NCBI GenBank assembly: GCA_964539105.1
Contig: CAZIFI010000003.1
Span: forward strand, 39,202 to 103,201
Direction: 5' to 3'
Length of the DNA stretch: 64,000 nt
Source of the DNA: an uncultured Anaerolineales bacterium
GTDB lineage: Bacteria; Chloroflexota; Anaerolineae; Anaerolineales; UBA11858
Part shown: one piece after another, positions 49,176 to 57,010 of the stretch
How the letters are laid out: every line of letters begins with the position of its first letter
How positions within the stretch are numbered: the first letter of the stretch is position 1
The notes under the pieces: generated by a model
The model's database searches: none
What the model saw: only the letters and a program-made list of their open reading frames with translations
Told to the model about the DNA's origin: nothing
Made by a program: the position numbers and the translations under genes

Positions 49176-50237
49176 TTACTCGTTTAAAAAGGATTTCAAG
49201 GATTCACGGCTGATGCGGTAAGCCTTGCCCAGCTTTTTCGCCTTTAAATCACCCGCTTCAATGGCCGCCATGACATCCTCTTCCGCAACTTTAAGGAACG
49301 AAGCCGCTTCGGAAGGCGTCATCACTTCAGGCATGGATCCACCGCCGCCTCCGGATGCCCCTCCTCCTGCGCCAGCTTTCGCGCCTCCGCCGCCGGTCAT
49401 ATCCTGCAGGGAGCGGTTGAGGATATTGCCCACGCCCATCCCGGCACCAATACCGGCCGTCAGCCCTGCCCCGCCGCTCGGATTCTGGGCCGCTTCCAGC
49501 ATCGCGTCAGCAGCCTGAAGGCGTGTATAAGTCTCTGTGTCCAGAACGCCCATGTCTCGCAGCTCACGGATCGACTTCTCGGACGGCCGCAGGCTGGAAA
49601 TCAGGAATGATTTCAAGTCCAGACCTACGGATTGGAACTGTTCCCCGGCCTTTGCCCGCACGCCGGCACTCAGCTCGTTGACCAAAGACGTGAGGTCAGT
49701 GACATCATGCTCGCGCGATGTCTCACCCAAGAGATCGGTCAGGACGGTCAGCAGAATACTCCGCAAACGACCTTCAATATCATCCGTGCGGAACACACCC
49801 TGGGCCCCTACCAGCTGGGTCACAAACTGCTGGGCATCTGAAATTTGATATCCGTAGGTTCCAAACCCCTTTAACAGTGCAATGCCCAGGCCCATGCCCG
49901 GATTGCGGACAATTATCGGTTGAGGGGTACCCCATTTTTGATCGGGAAACTCACGACGGGAAACAAAATACACTTCAGCTGTAAACGGTGTCTGATCCGA
50001 GAAGGCTTTTTCAACAATATCAATCACAAGGGGAATGTTTGCTGTGGTGATCGTATGGCGCCCGGGACCAAAACTATCCAGCGCCTTCCCGTCGCGGAAG
50101 AATACAGCCGTCTGGGACTCCCGCACGATGAGCTGGGAGCCAATCCGAAAATCCCCCGATTCACCCTCCGGGAAGCGGTGAATCAACTCATCCTTCATCT
50201 CATTGGGATATTCAATGACATCAAATATTCTGGCCAT
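49176..50237 (-). CDS. SPFH/Band-7 family protein (YdjI-like) with a Gly-rich linker and a C-terminal excisionase/MerR-type HTH
   Basis: N-terminal SPFH-like domain (MARIFDVIEYPNE...), a low-complexity GGGGAKAGAGGGASGGGGGS linker, and a C-terminal HTH_17-like segment (MTPSEAASFLKVAEEDVMAAIEAGDLKAKKLGKAYRISRESL). Confidence 0.65.
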   Translation of the reverse strand: MARIFDVIEYPNEMKDELIHRFPEGESGDFRIGSQLIVRESQTAVFFRDGKALDSFGPGRHTITTANIPLVIDIVEKAFSDQTPFTAEVYFVSRREFPDQKWGTPQPIIVRNPGMGLGIALLKGFGTYGYQISDAQQFVTQLVGAQGVFRTDDIEGRLRSILLTVLTDLLGETSREHDVTDLTSLVNELSAGVRAKAGEQFQSVGLDLKSFLISSLRPSEKSIRELRDMGVLDTETYTRLQAADAMLEAAQNPSGGAGLTAGIGAGMGVGNILNRSLQDMTGGGGAKAGAGGGASGGGGGSMPEVMTPSEAASFLKVAEEDVMAAIEAGDLKAKKLGKAYRISRESLKSFLNE

Positions 50238-50251
50238 AACTCAGCCTCCTT

Positions 50252-50791
50252 TTAATCGCTATCTTCGGGTTCTTCACTATCGCCGATGATGACTTCTTTT
50301 CGCCGGTCTCCACGCTGGATAGCCTTGCGGGCCAGTTTATCAATCTCCTTCACCCGGCGCTCCATCTCCTCTTCTTCCTCAGCGTCTTCCAGCGCCTGCA
50401 GCAGCTCTTTAAACTCTTCCACCCCGTCCAGCAGCGCGTTGTCATACTCATACAATTTGTCCAACCGCTCCTGATCGATCTTCATGGCAGAAAAGAATCC
50501 CGCATATCCGTATGACGCACGTCGGATGCGGTCGATGAATGTGCGCAGCTTCACCCCGACAGATTCCAGGTCATCCTGGATTTCGATCATCCCTTCGTCC
50601 ACACACTCACGCTGAATGGCAAATAACCAGTCCAGGAGTTCATTATAACGATTGGCGATCGTTTCACGCAGAACCTTATCCGCAGACCTGCGGTCTTCTT
50701 TTTCAATATACCCTTTGAACCCGGGCACCTGGGTTAATAATCTCTTTAAACCACCTCGCTGGGATTCAATTTCTTCTCGGTAGTCTTTCAT
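50252..50791 (-). CDS. Helical acidic protein of unknown function
   Basis: 179 aa, predicted helical, with an acidic C-terminal tail (EEEEEME...EEPEDSD). 14 nt upstream of the SPFH gene on the same strand. Not alignable to PspA by eye. Confidence 0.45.
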   Translation of the reverse strand: MKDYREEIESQRGGLKRLLTQVPGFKGYIEKEDRRSADKVLRETIANRYNELLDWLFAIQRECVDEGMIEIQDDLESVGVKLRTFIDRIRRASYGYAGFFSAMKIDQERLDKLYEYDNALLDGVEEFKELLQALEDAEEEEEMERRVKEIDKLARKAIQRGDRRKEVIIGDSEEPEDSD

Positions 50792-51081
50792 TCAATTCCT
50801 CCTCCTACATTGGAAACATCCGTTCATACCCCATATTATACCTTGCAGAAACAAAAAAACAATTCACCCGTGCCCGTCACAGGCTTGATTTCTCCTCCCA
50901 GAGGATATCTCATCTCAAGCTGTGACTATTACGGACCCCGCAATCCCCCATACCCGTGGGGAAGGAATGACATCCGGAATACACCACACATCGAGACAAC
51001 TTGCAGAGCTCAAGTAAAGGTTTATAATCATATCATGATCAAAGGAAATGATGCAACAATCCAGAGTGACGAGGAGAAATC

Positions 51082-52506
51082 ATGAAAACAGATATTCAGA
51101 ACAACCTGCTGAAACTTCTCGATGGGGGTGCTGTACTCCAGGATGGGGACATTATCATTCAAGACAGCGAAAAAATCCAACAGCACATTGAAAAACTAGT
51201 CAGACAGGCTGTCCTGGCAGAGGAAGAACAGGAACGCTACATGGCCCGCTTCCTGATCCGCAGGATCGCCCAGGCGCTGGACATCATTCCCAGCTCCATC
51301 CATGACCTGTACATCGCCCGCGGCCGGGGTGATGTTCCAAACACCTTCACAACCCCCGCCATCAACCTGCGCGCCTTACCCTTTTTTGCAGCCCGCACCA
51401 TCTTCAGCATTGTCCAGGAAATCGACGCCGGGGCCTTTATCTTTGAAATTGCCCGCTCGGAAACAGGCTACACGGACCAGCGGCCGTCGGAATACGCAGC
51501 CAACATTCTCGGCGCAGCCATCGCTGAAGGATACACCGGACCAATCTTTATTCAGGGCGATCATTATCAGGTATCCCCCTCCCGCTATGCCCAGGACCCG
51601 GAAGCCGAACTGGATGTGGTGAGAGATCTGACAGACGAAGCCCTGCAGGCAGGTTTTTTCAACATTGACGTGGATGCTTCTACCCTGGTTGACCTGAGTC
51701 AAGACACCGTACCCCGACAACAGGAAGAAAATATCGCCATCACAGCCCTCTTTACAGACTTCATACGGGAGCGGGAACCGGAAGGGATCACAGTTTCCAT
51801 TGGCGGTGAGATCGGTGAGGTGGGCGGTCACAATTCAACAGAAGAAGAACTGCGGGCCTTTGTTGATGGCTACAACACAAAACTTGAAGCAGATACCCCG
51901 GGCCGGATTGGCCTGAGCAAGATCAGTATCCAAACGGGAACGTCTCATGGGGGTGTGGTACTTCCCGATGGCAGTATTAAAGAGGTTTCTGTAGATTTCG
52001 ATACCCTGCAGCACCTCAGCCGGGTGGCCCGCACCAGCTATGGTCTGGGAGGAGCTGTGCAGCACGGCGCCTCAACCTTGCCGGAAAGCGCCTTCAACAA
52101 ATTCGTGGATTCAGAAGCCGTTGAGGTCCATCTGGCGACCAACTTCCAGAACATCATGTTCGACCGCCTTCCCCACAACCTGGTGGACGAAATTTACGCC
52201 CATCTCGACCAGCATTTCGCGGACCGCAAGAAGCCCGAGCAAACCGATGAGCAATTTTACTACAACAACCGGAAGCGGGCCCTGGGAACCTACAAGGATA
52301 AAATCTGGAACCTGCCCCAGGAAAAAATAGATGAAATCTGCGCTGCCTGGGAAGAACAGTTTAGGAACCTGTTCGAACGGCTGAGCATCGCCGATACGCG
52401 GAAATATGTCGAACAGCAGGTCTCCCCTATCAAAGTCCAACCGCAACTGGAAGGGTACCTGCTGGGAGGGCTGGAACCGGAAGACACCACAGACCTGGCA
52501 GATTGA
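51082..52506 (+). CDS. Class II fructose/ketose-bisphosphate aldolase family protein (long form, N-terminal extension)
   Basis: Class II aldolase motifs PAINLRA, IFIQGDHYQ (Zn His), FFNIDVDAS, SIGGEIGEVGG and GTSHGG. About 80 extra N-terminal residues and 474 aa in total. A TTGCAG, 16 nt, TATAAT promoter and a GAGGAG Shine-Dalgarno lie upstream. Confidence 0.72.
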   Translation: MKTDIQNNLLKLLDGGAVLQDGDIIIQDSEKIQQHIEKLVRQAVLAEEEQERYMARFLIRRIAQALDIIPSSIHDLYIARGRGDVPNTFTTPAINLRALPFFAARTIFSIVQEIDAGAFIFEIARSETGYTDQRPSEYAANILGAAIAEGYTGPIFIQGDHYQVSPSRYAQDPEAELDVVRDLTDEALQAGFFNIDVDASTLVDLSQDTVPRQQEENIAITALFTDFIREREPEGITVSIGGEIGEVGGHNSTEEELRAFVDGYNTKLEADTPGRIGLSKISIQTGTSHGGVVLPDGSIKEVSVDFDTLQHLSRVARTSYGLGGAVQHGASTLPESAFNKFVDSEAVEVHLATNFQNIMFDRLPHNLVDEIYAHLDQHFADRKKPEQTDEQFYYNNRKRALGTYKDKIWNLPQEKIDEICAAWEEQFRNLFERLSIADTRKYVEQQVSPIKVQPQLEGYLLGGLEPEDTTDLAD

Positions 52507-52507
52507 T

Positions 52508-53020
52508 ATGCCTGTCTCAGATCAAGGCTTGAACAAGGAGCGGTACACGCTGATTCCCCGCACCCTGATTTTCATCATCCGCGGAGATTCAGTGCTCCTC
52601 CTGCGGGGGGACCCGGGGAAGCGAATCTGGGCCGAAGAATATAACGGCGTAGGGGGACATGTAGAAGAAGGAGAAGATGTCCTCACAGCAGCCCGGAGAG
52701 AGCTGAAGGAAGAAACCGGACTGAAAGGCCAGGGCATCCACCTGGTGGGTACAGTGACCATAGACACAAACCAGAATCCGGGCATTGGGCTGTATATCTT
52801 TCTGGGAAAGTACCAGGGAGGACAAATATCGGCCTCCCGGGAGGGTCAATTGAACTGGGTCAAAATATCAGACCTCAGCTCGCTTCCCCTTGTAGAGGAT
52901 CTCCCCTCTCTTTTGCCCCGGGTGCTGGATTATCAAAAGGGGGACTCTCCCTTTTCTGCCCATTATTATTATGATCAAGATGGAAACCTGATGATCAAGT
53001 TTGCAGATTCCCCGCCCTAG
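52508..53020 (+). CDS. NUDIX hydrolase
   Basis: Nudix box GGHVEEGEDVLTAARRELKEETGL. Start at MPVSDQ, 1 nt after the upstream stop. Confidence 0.82.
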   Translation: MPVSDQGLNKERYTLIPRTLIFIIRGDSVLLLRGDPGKRIWAEEYNGVGGHVEEGEDVLTAARRELKEETGLKGQGIHLVGTVTIDTNQNPGIGLYIFLGKYQGGQISASREGQLNWVKISDLSSLPLVEDLPSLLPRVLDYQKGDSPFSAHYYYDQDGNLMIKFADSPP

Positions 53021-53041
53021 ACCGGCCGCAGGACGGAAGCG

Positions 53042-53620
53042 CTACGCCATTTCCCCCTCTTCAAAATTTGGCACAAACATCAATAAGGCCGTACTGCCGT
53101 ATTCCCGCTTGTCAAAAAGTTTAAGATTCTGGAGTGAAAACGGTTCGATCTCAACCGGATCAATCTGAACGAAGACCCAGGTATCGTACACCATCCATGC
53201 CGGGTTGCGGTCCAGGACTTCCAGAGTTTTGACCCACAGCCTTTCATACTGGGGAGGCGCGACATAAATAAAATCGAACTGGCGGTCAGGGGTCTGTTCC
53301 AGGACCTGAAAGGCATTTCCGTGCCAAACTTCAGCCTCTTCCTCCAGGTCTGTATGAGCCAGGTTTTCGTGGATGGTCTTGATCGCTGCCCGGTGGATAT
53401 CCACAAAGCGTACAAAACGAGCTCCCCGGCTTAATGCCTCAATCCCCACACTGCCCGTACCGGCGAACAAATCCAGCCAGGAAGAGTCATACACATAGGG
53501 GGTGGCGATATCGAAGACCGCTTTCTTGACTTTGGCCATGATGGGCCGTGTAATATTTCCGGGTACAGATTTGAGATTGAATCCCCCGGCTTTCCCGCCG
53601 ATGACAGATAGTTCACCCAT
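53042..53620 (-). CDS. rsmD: 16S rRNA (guanine966-N2)-methyltransferase RsmD
   Basis: SAM motif LDLFAGTGSVGIEALSRGA, the YVAPPQYE-type DPPY-like motif and about 190 aa. Confidence 0.85.
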   Translation of the reverse strand: MGELSVIGGKAGGFNLKSVPGNITRPIMAKVKKAVFDIATPYVYDSSWLDLFAGTGSVGIEALSRGARFVRFVDIHRAAIKTIHENLAHTDLEEEAEVWHGNAFQVLEQTPDRQFDFIYVAPPQYERLWVKTLEVLDRNPAWMVYDTWVFVQIDPVEIEPFSLQNLKLFDKREYGSTALLMFVPNFEEGEMA

Positions 53621-53635
53621 GGTTAAACCCTCCCT

Positions 53636-54868
53636 TCATTTCTCCCCATCATCGGTAATGACACGTTCCAGCGTATCCACGACCAGTTTGGTCTCGCTGC
53701 TCTGATCTTCGATATACTTTTCGATGAACGGCGACTGGCGCAGCCGGAGAGCCATGGGTGCCACAGCGCGCAAATCTACCAGCGTGACTTCCTCCCGGGC
53801 ATCCGCCACCGCATGGGCCCGGGCCGCCTCAAAGAGAGTTATTTCCGCCCTGAGAGAATCAATTTCCAGTTTTTCGACCAGATCCAACCCGGACCGGGCT
53901 ACATCCTGGGGTAGTGAGACGTTCTGAATTTTATCCCGGCAGGTTTGAATCTCTTCCCTCAGCTGGCGGGTTTCCTCCCAGTACCTTCCGGAAAAGCGGC
54001 GCTTGTTTTCCTGGTAGGCACGGGCCCGGTTATAGGCTTCCAGGCGATCATCTTTCTCGGTCAAACCTTCCACCACCACCCGCAGGCCAAAGCGGTCCAT
54101 AATCTGGGGTCGCAGCCGTCCTTCCTCCGGATTCATGGAGCCGATCAGTGTGAAATCTGAACGGTATGTGGCTGACATGGCTCCCCGGCGGACGGTGTAC
54201 TGGCCCTGGGCAGCCGCGTCCAGGATGGCGTCTACCACCTGGTCAGACAGCATGTTAACCTCATCGACATAAAGTAGGTTGCGGTCTGCCCGGGATAAAA
54301 TACCCCGTTTTAACCGCATTCTCTCGTGAACCTCAGCCCGGGGATCAAGCCCGCCCACCACATCCTCCAGGGTGGAGTTCAAGGGCAGCTCCACCAGACG
54401 GACCTTTTCCAGCTTCGATAAAGAATCACCGTGGCCGTACTTTTCCGCACACTCCGGACAAACAGCATCGATCCCACCCGCTTCAATATCCTCTTCCAGG
54501 CACCCAAAGTAACACAGGCTGCGCCTGACCTTGGGCAGCAGATCAATCAGGCTCCGCACAGCTGTCGTCTTGCCCGTCCCGCGCGGACCCACCAGCAGTA
54601 CGCCGCCCAGATTGGGGTTGATCAAGGAAAGCATCAGCGCCAGCTTCATTTCCTTCTGGTCCACCATGGCCAGAAAGGGAAAGGGAATATTTTCAGCGAT
54701 ACCGCTGTCCTCAAAGTCAGCCTGGGAGAGGGAAGACACTCCCGAAGCCCGCTCCAACAATTCCTGCAAAGAACTCACCTCAGATATCAATTCCGGTTCC
54801 GTATCCTGAGGAGATTGATGCATTGTTTTGTCCACCTCGTCGTTCATCTTCCCCACCTCTCTACCCAT
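53636..54868 (-). CDS. ChlI/BchI-family AAA+ ATPase (Mg-chelatase subunit I-like) with a Cys4 insert
   Basis: FPFLAMVDQKEMKLALMLSLINPNLGGVLLVGPRGTGKTTAVRSL (Walker A), sensor and arginine-finger regions, and a CxxC...CPEC insertion. No ChlD- or ChlH-like partner in the window. Confidence 0.8.
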   Translation of the reverse strand: MGREVGKMNDEVDKTMHQSPQDTEPELISEVSSLQELLERASGVSSLSQADFEDSGIAENIPFPFLAMVDQKEMKLALMLSLINPNLGGVLLVGPRGTGKTTAVRSLIDLLPKVRRSLCYFGCLEEDIEAGGIDAVCPECAEKYGHGDSLSKLEKVRLVELPLNSTLEDVVGGLDPRAEVHERMRLKRGILSRADRNLLYVDEVNMLSDQVVDAILDAAAQGQYTVRRGAMSATYRSDFTLIGSMNPEEGRLRPQIMDRFGLRVVVEGLTEKDDRLEAYNRARAYQENKRRFSGRYWEETRQLREEIQTCRDKIQNVSLPQDVARSGLDLVEKLEIDSLRAEITLFEAARAHAVADAREEVTLVDLRAVAPMALRLRQSPFIEKYIEDQSSETKLVVDTLERVITDDGEK

Positions 54869-55031
54869 GCTTCTCTCATTTTAGTATTATACTCAATCCA
54901 GCGTCTTCAGGACGGGACGGTTAACAGCAACCTGTAGACGTTTTTCTACCTCTGGACCTGTAACAAACACAACCCTTGCCAACCCCCCATATAGCAATAA
55001 ATACAGGGCCTGAACGCTCTCATCACAGGAG

Positions 55032-55551
55032 GTGGCTATGCTGTGTGCCCTGGCAGGAGACATCATCGGCTCCGTTTATGAAGGGGAACCGATCAAAACC
55101 ACAGAATTCCCGCTATTTCAGGACGGATCCCGTTTTACAGATGACACCGTCCTCACCCTGGCAGTCGCAGAAGCCATCTTGGGGAATGGGAACTATGGCC
55201 GAAAGCTGAAGGAGTTTGGCCGCCAGTATCCGGGCAGGATACGGGGGACACTTTTACCAGTAGGTTTTCCAGGATGAAATTCAGCCGTACAACAGGTGGG
55301 GAAACGGGGCTGCCATGCGGGTCAGCCCGGTGGGATTCGCCTTTGATACGGAAAATGGTGTGCTGCGGGAAGCGCAGGCCAGCGCTGAAGTCTCCCGCAA
55401 CCATCCTGAAGGCATCAAAGGAGCCCAGTCTGCTGCCCTGGCTGTCTTTCTGGCCCGGACGGGCATGGAAAACACCTTCCCAATAGGTTTAATGTCGGAA
55501 TTCTGGAAAACCATCCTCAATCGACGTCATTATAGGTCCAGTAGCGGTTGA
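55032..55551 (+). pseudogene. ADP-ribosylglycohydrolase family gene, decayed (frameshift, in-frame TAG, 3' truncation)
   Basis: Frame 0 encodes ALAGDIIGSVYEGEP...FTDDTVLTLAVAEAIL...GRQYPG. Frame 1 then continues AGYGGHFYQ-TAG-VFQDEIQPYNRWGNGAAMRVSPVGFAF...EVSRNHPEGIKGAQSAALAVFLAR. Inserting 2 nt at about 55233 restores the consensus YPDAGYGG. TAG at 55261 is probably a former TGG (Trp). The reading frame ends where the convergent gtrA gene begins, after about 173 aa where about 300 are expected. Confidence 0.7.
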
Positions 55552-55987
55552 CAAAAAAGTTCCAGAACATGACCACCACAACAGCCACGCCCAGAGCAAA
55601 GGTGTATCCCAGGCGATCCGGGGTCACAATCCAGATCGGTAAAAATGAAAATCCGGCAAAGAATCGGCGCAGCGGATACTGCAAAGCAGCGAAGAGGGGT
55701 GTGCGGATGCCAAGACCGATGATGTTGACCACAAAAAACGTCACCACCTGGTGATGAATGGGTTTGGACCGTGAGTCGGGATATGTCCAGAACCGGTTCC
55801 ACAGGAAATTACTGGTGATAGCAGCGATAAAAGAAAATACACTGGCCCACACCGCCCGGACTCCGATCACGCTTTCCAGGAAATGAAAGGTGCTGAAATC
55901 TACCACAGCCCCGATGGTGCCCACCACCGTGAAGCGCATAAACCTCACCCTTTCCCGTTGATCCGTGACAATGCTCGTGAAGATCAT
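55517..55987 (-). CDS. GtrA-family polyprenol-phosphate-sugar flippase-like membrane protein
   Basis: About 157 aa with 4 TM and the paired GtrA motifs NFLWNRFWTY and NFFVNRYWTY. Start at MIFTSIV, 8 nt downstream of the UXS stop. The longer ORF-track start overlaps the UXS gene. Confidence 0.75.
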   Translation of the reverse strand: MIFTSIVTDQRERVRFMRFTVVGTIGAVVDFSTFHFLESVIGVRAVWASVFSFIAAITSNFLWNRFWTYPDSRSKPIHHQVVTFFVVNIIGLGIRTPLFAALQYPLRRFFAGFSFLPIWIVTPDRLGYTFALGVAVVVVMFWNFFVNRYWTYNDVD

Positions 55988-55994
55988 GTCCACC

Positions 55995-56948
55995 CTAAAT
56001 ATTTTGTTTGAAATAGGGCAGCGTTTTTCGCAACCCTTCTTCCAGCGACACCTTGGGTGCCCAATCAAGGACATCTTTCGCCCGGCTGATATCCGGACGT
56101 CTGCGCTCCGGATCACCTTCCCCCCGCTTTTCCGGAAAAATACTGACTTCTTCCGGGTTATCCAGCAGCTCATTAACGGTGTGCGCCAGTTCCAGAATCG
56201 ATATTTCATCCGGATTGCCAATATTGACAGGACGATGTTCATCCGCCAGCAATAAACGATATATGCCCTCGATCAGGTCGTCCACAAAACAGAAGCTGCG
56301 TGTCTGGCTGCCGTCCCCATACACCGTGAGTGGTTTGCCGTGCAAGGCTTGCTTGATGAAGTTGGGCACGACCCGTCCGTCGTCCAGACGCATGCGGGGA
56401 CCGTAGGTATTAAATATGCGCACAATGCGGGTATCTATATCGTGATAACGTTGGTAGGCAAACGTCAGCGCTTCTGCAAAGCGTTTTGCCTCGTCATACA
56501 CGGATCGTTCCCCGATGGGATTGACATGGCCCCAATAACCCTCATGCTGGGGATGGACCTCTGGGTCACCGTAAATTTCGCTCGTGGATGCCAGCATGAA
56601 GCGGGCTCCAAAGGCCCGGGCCACCCCGAGCGTGTTATGCGTTCCCAGCGCACCGGCTTTCATGGTCTGGATGGGCAGATTTACATAGCCATAAGGCGAG
56701 TTCGGGTTGGGGCTGGCAGGCGAAGCAAAGTGCATCACCGCATGCAGTTCATCTCCCGGAACAAAGATATACTGGGAGACATCATGGCGGATGAATGAAA
56801 ATCGTTCATGACCGGATAAATGGGCTAAATTTTCCCTCCTGCCGGTGATGAAATTATCCATCCCAATCACCTCATGCCCTTCTTTGATCAAGCGGTCACA
56901 GAGATGTGAACCCAAAAATCCTGCCGCACCTGTGATAAGTATTCTCAT
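55995..56948 (-). CDS. UDP-glucuronate decarboxylase (UDP-xylose synthase) / NAD-dependent SDR
   Basis: [20 protein letters not shown] Rossmann motif, the Yxxx K catalytic region and close resemblance to the UXS/ArnA-decarboxylase subfamily ([20 protein letters not shown]). Confidence 0.85.
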   Translation of the reverse strand: MRILITGAAGFLGSHLCDRLIKEGHEVIGMDNFITGRRENLAHLSGHERFSFIRHDVSQYIFVPGDELHAVMHFASPASPNPNSPYGYVNLPIQTMKAGALGTHNTLGVARAFGARFMLASTSEIYGDPEVHPQHEGYWGHVNPIGERSVYDEAKRFAEALTFAYQRYHDIDTRIVRIFNTYGPRMRLDDGRVVPNFIKQALHGKPLTVYGDGSQTRSFCFVDDLIEGIYRLLLADEHRPVNIGNPDEISILELAHTVNELLDNPEEVSIFPEKRGEGDPERRRPDISRAKDVLDWAPKVSLEEGLRKTLPYFKQNI

Positions 56949-57010
56949 TGGTTGTCCTTTTCAGTTTCATAAATGACCTGTTTATCTAAACAATCGGCCG
57001 TCCCGGCTGC

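Noticed and set aside
50252-50791. PspA/IM30 identity for the 179-aa protein upstream of the SPFH gene
   Set aside because: The sequence does not align by eye to the PspA N-terminal amphipathic helix or the coiled-coil pattern. It is left as unknown.
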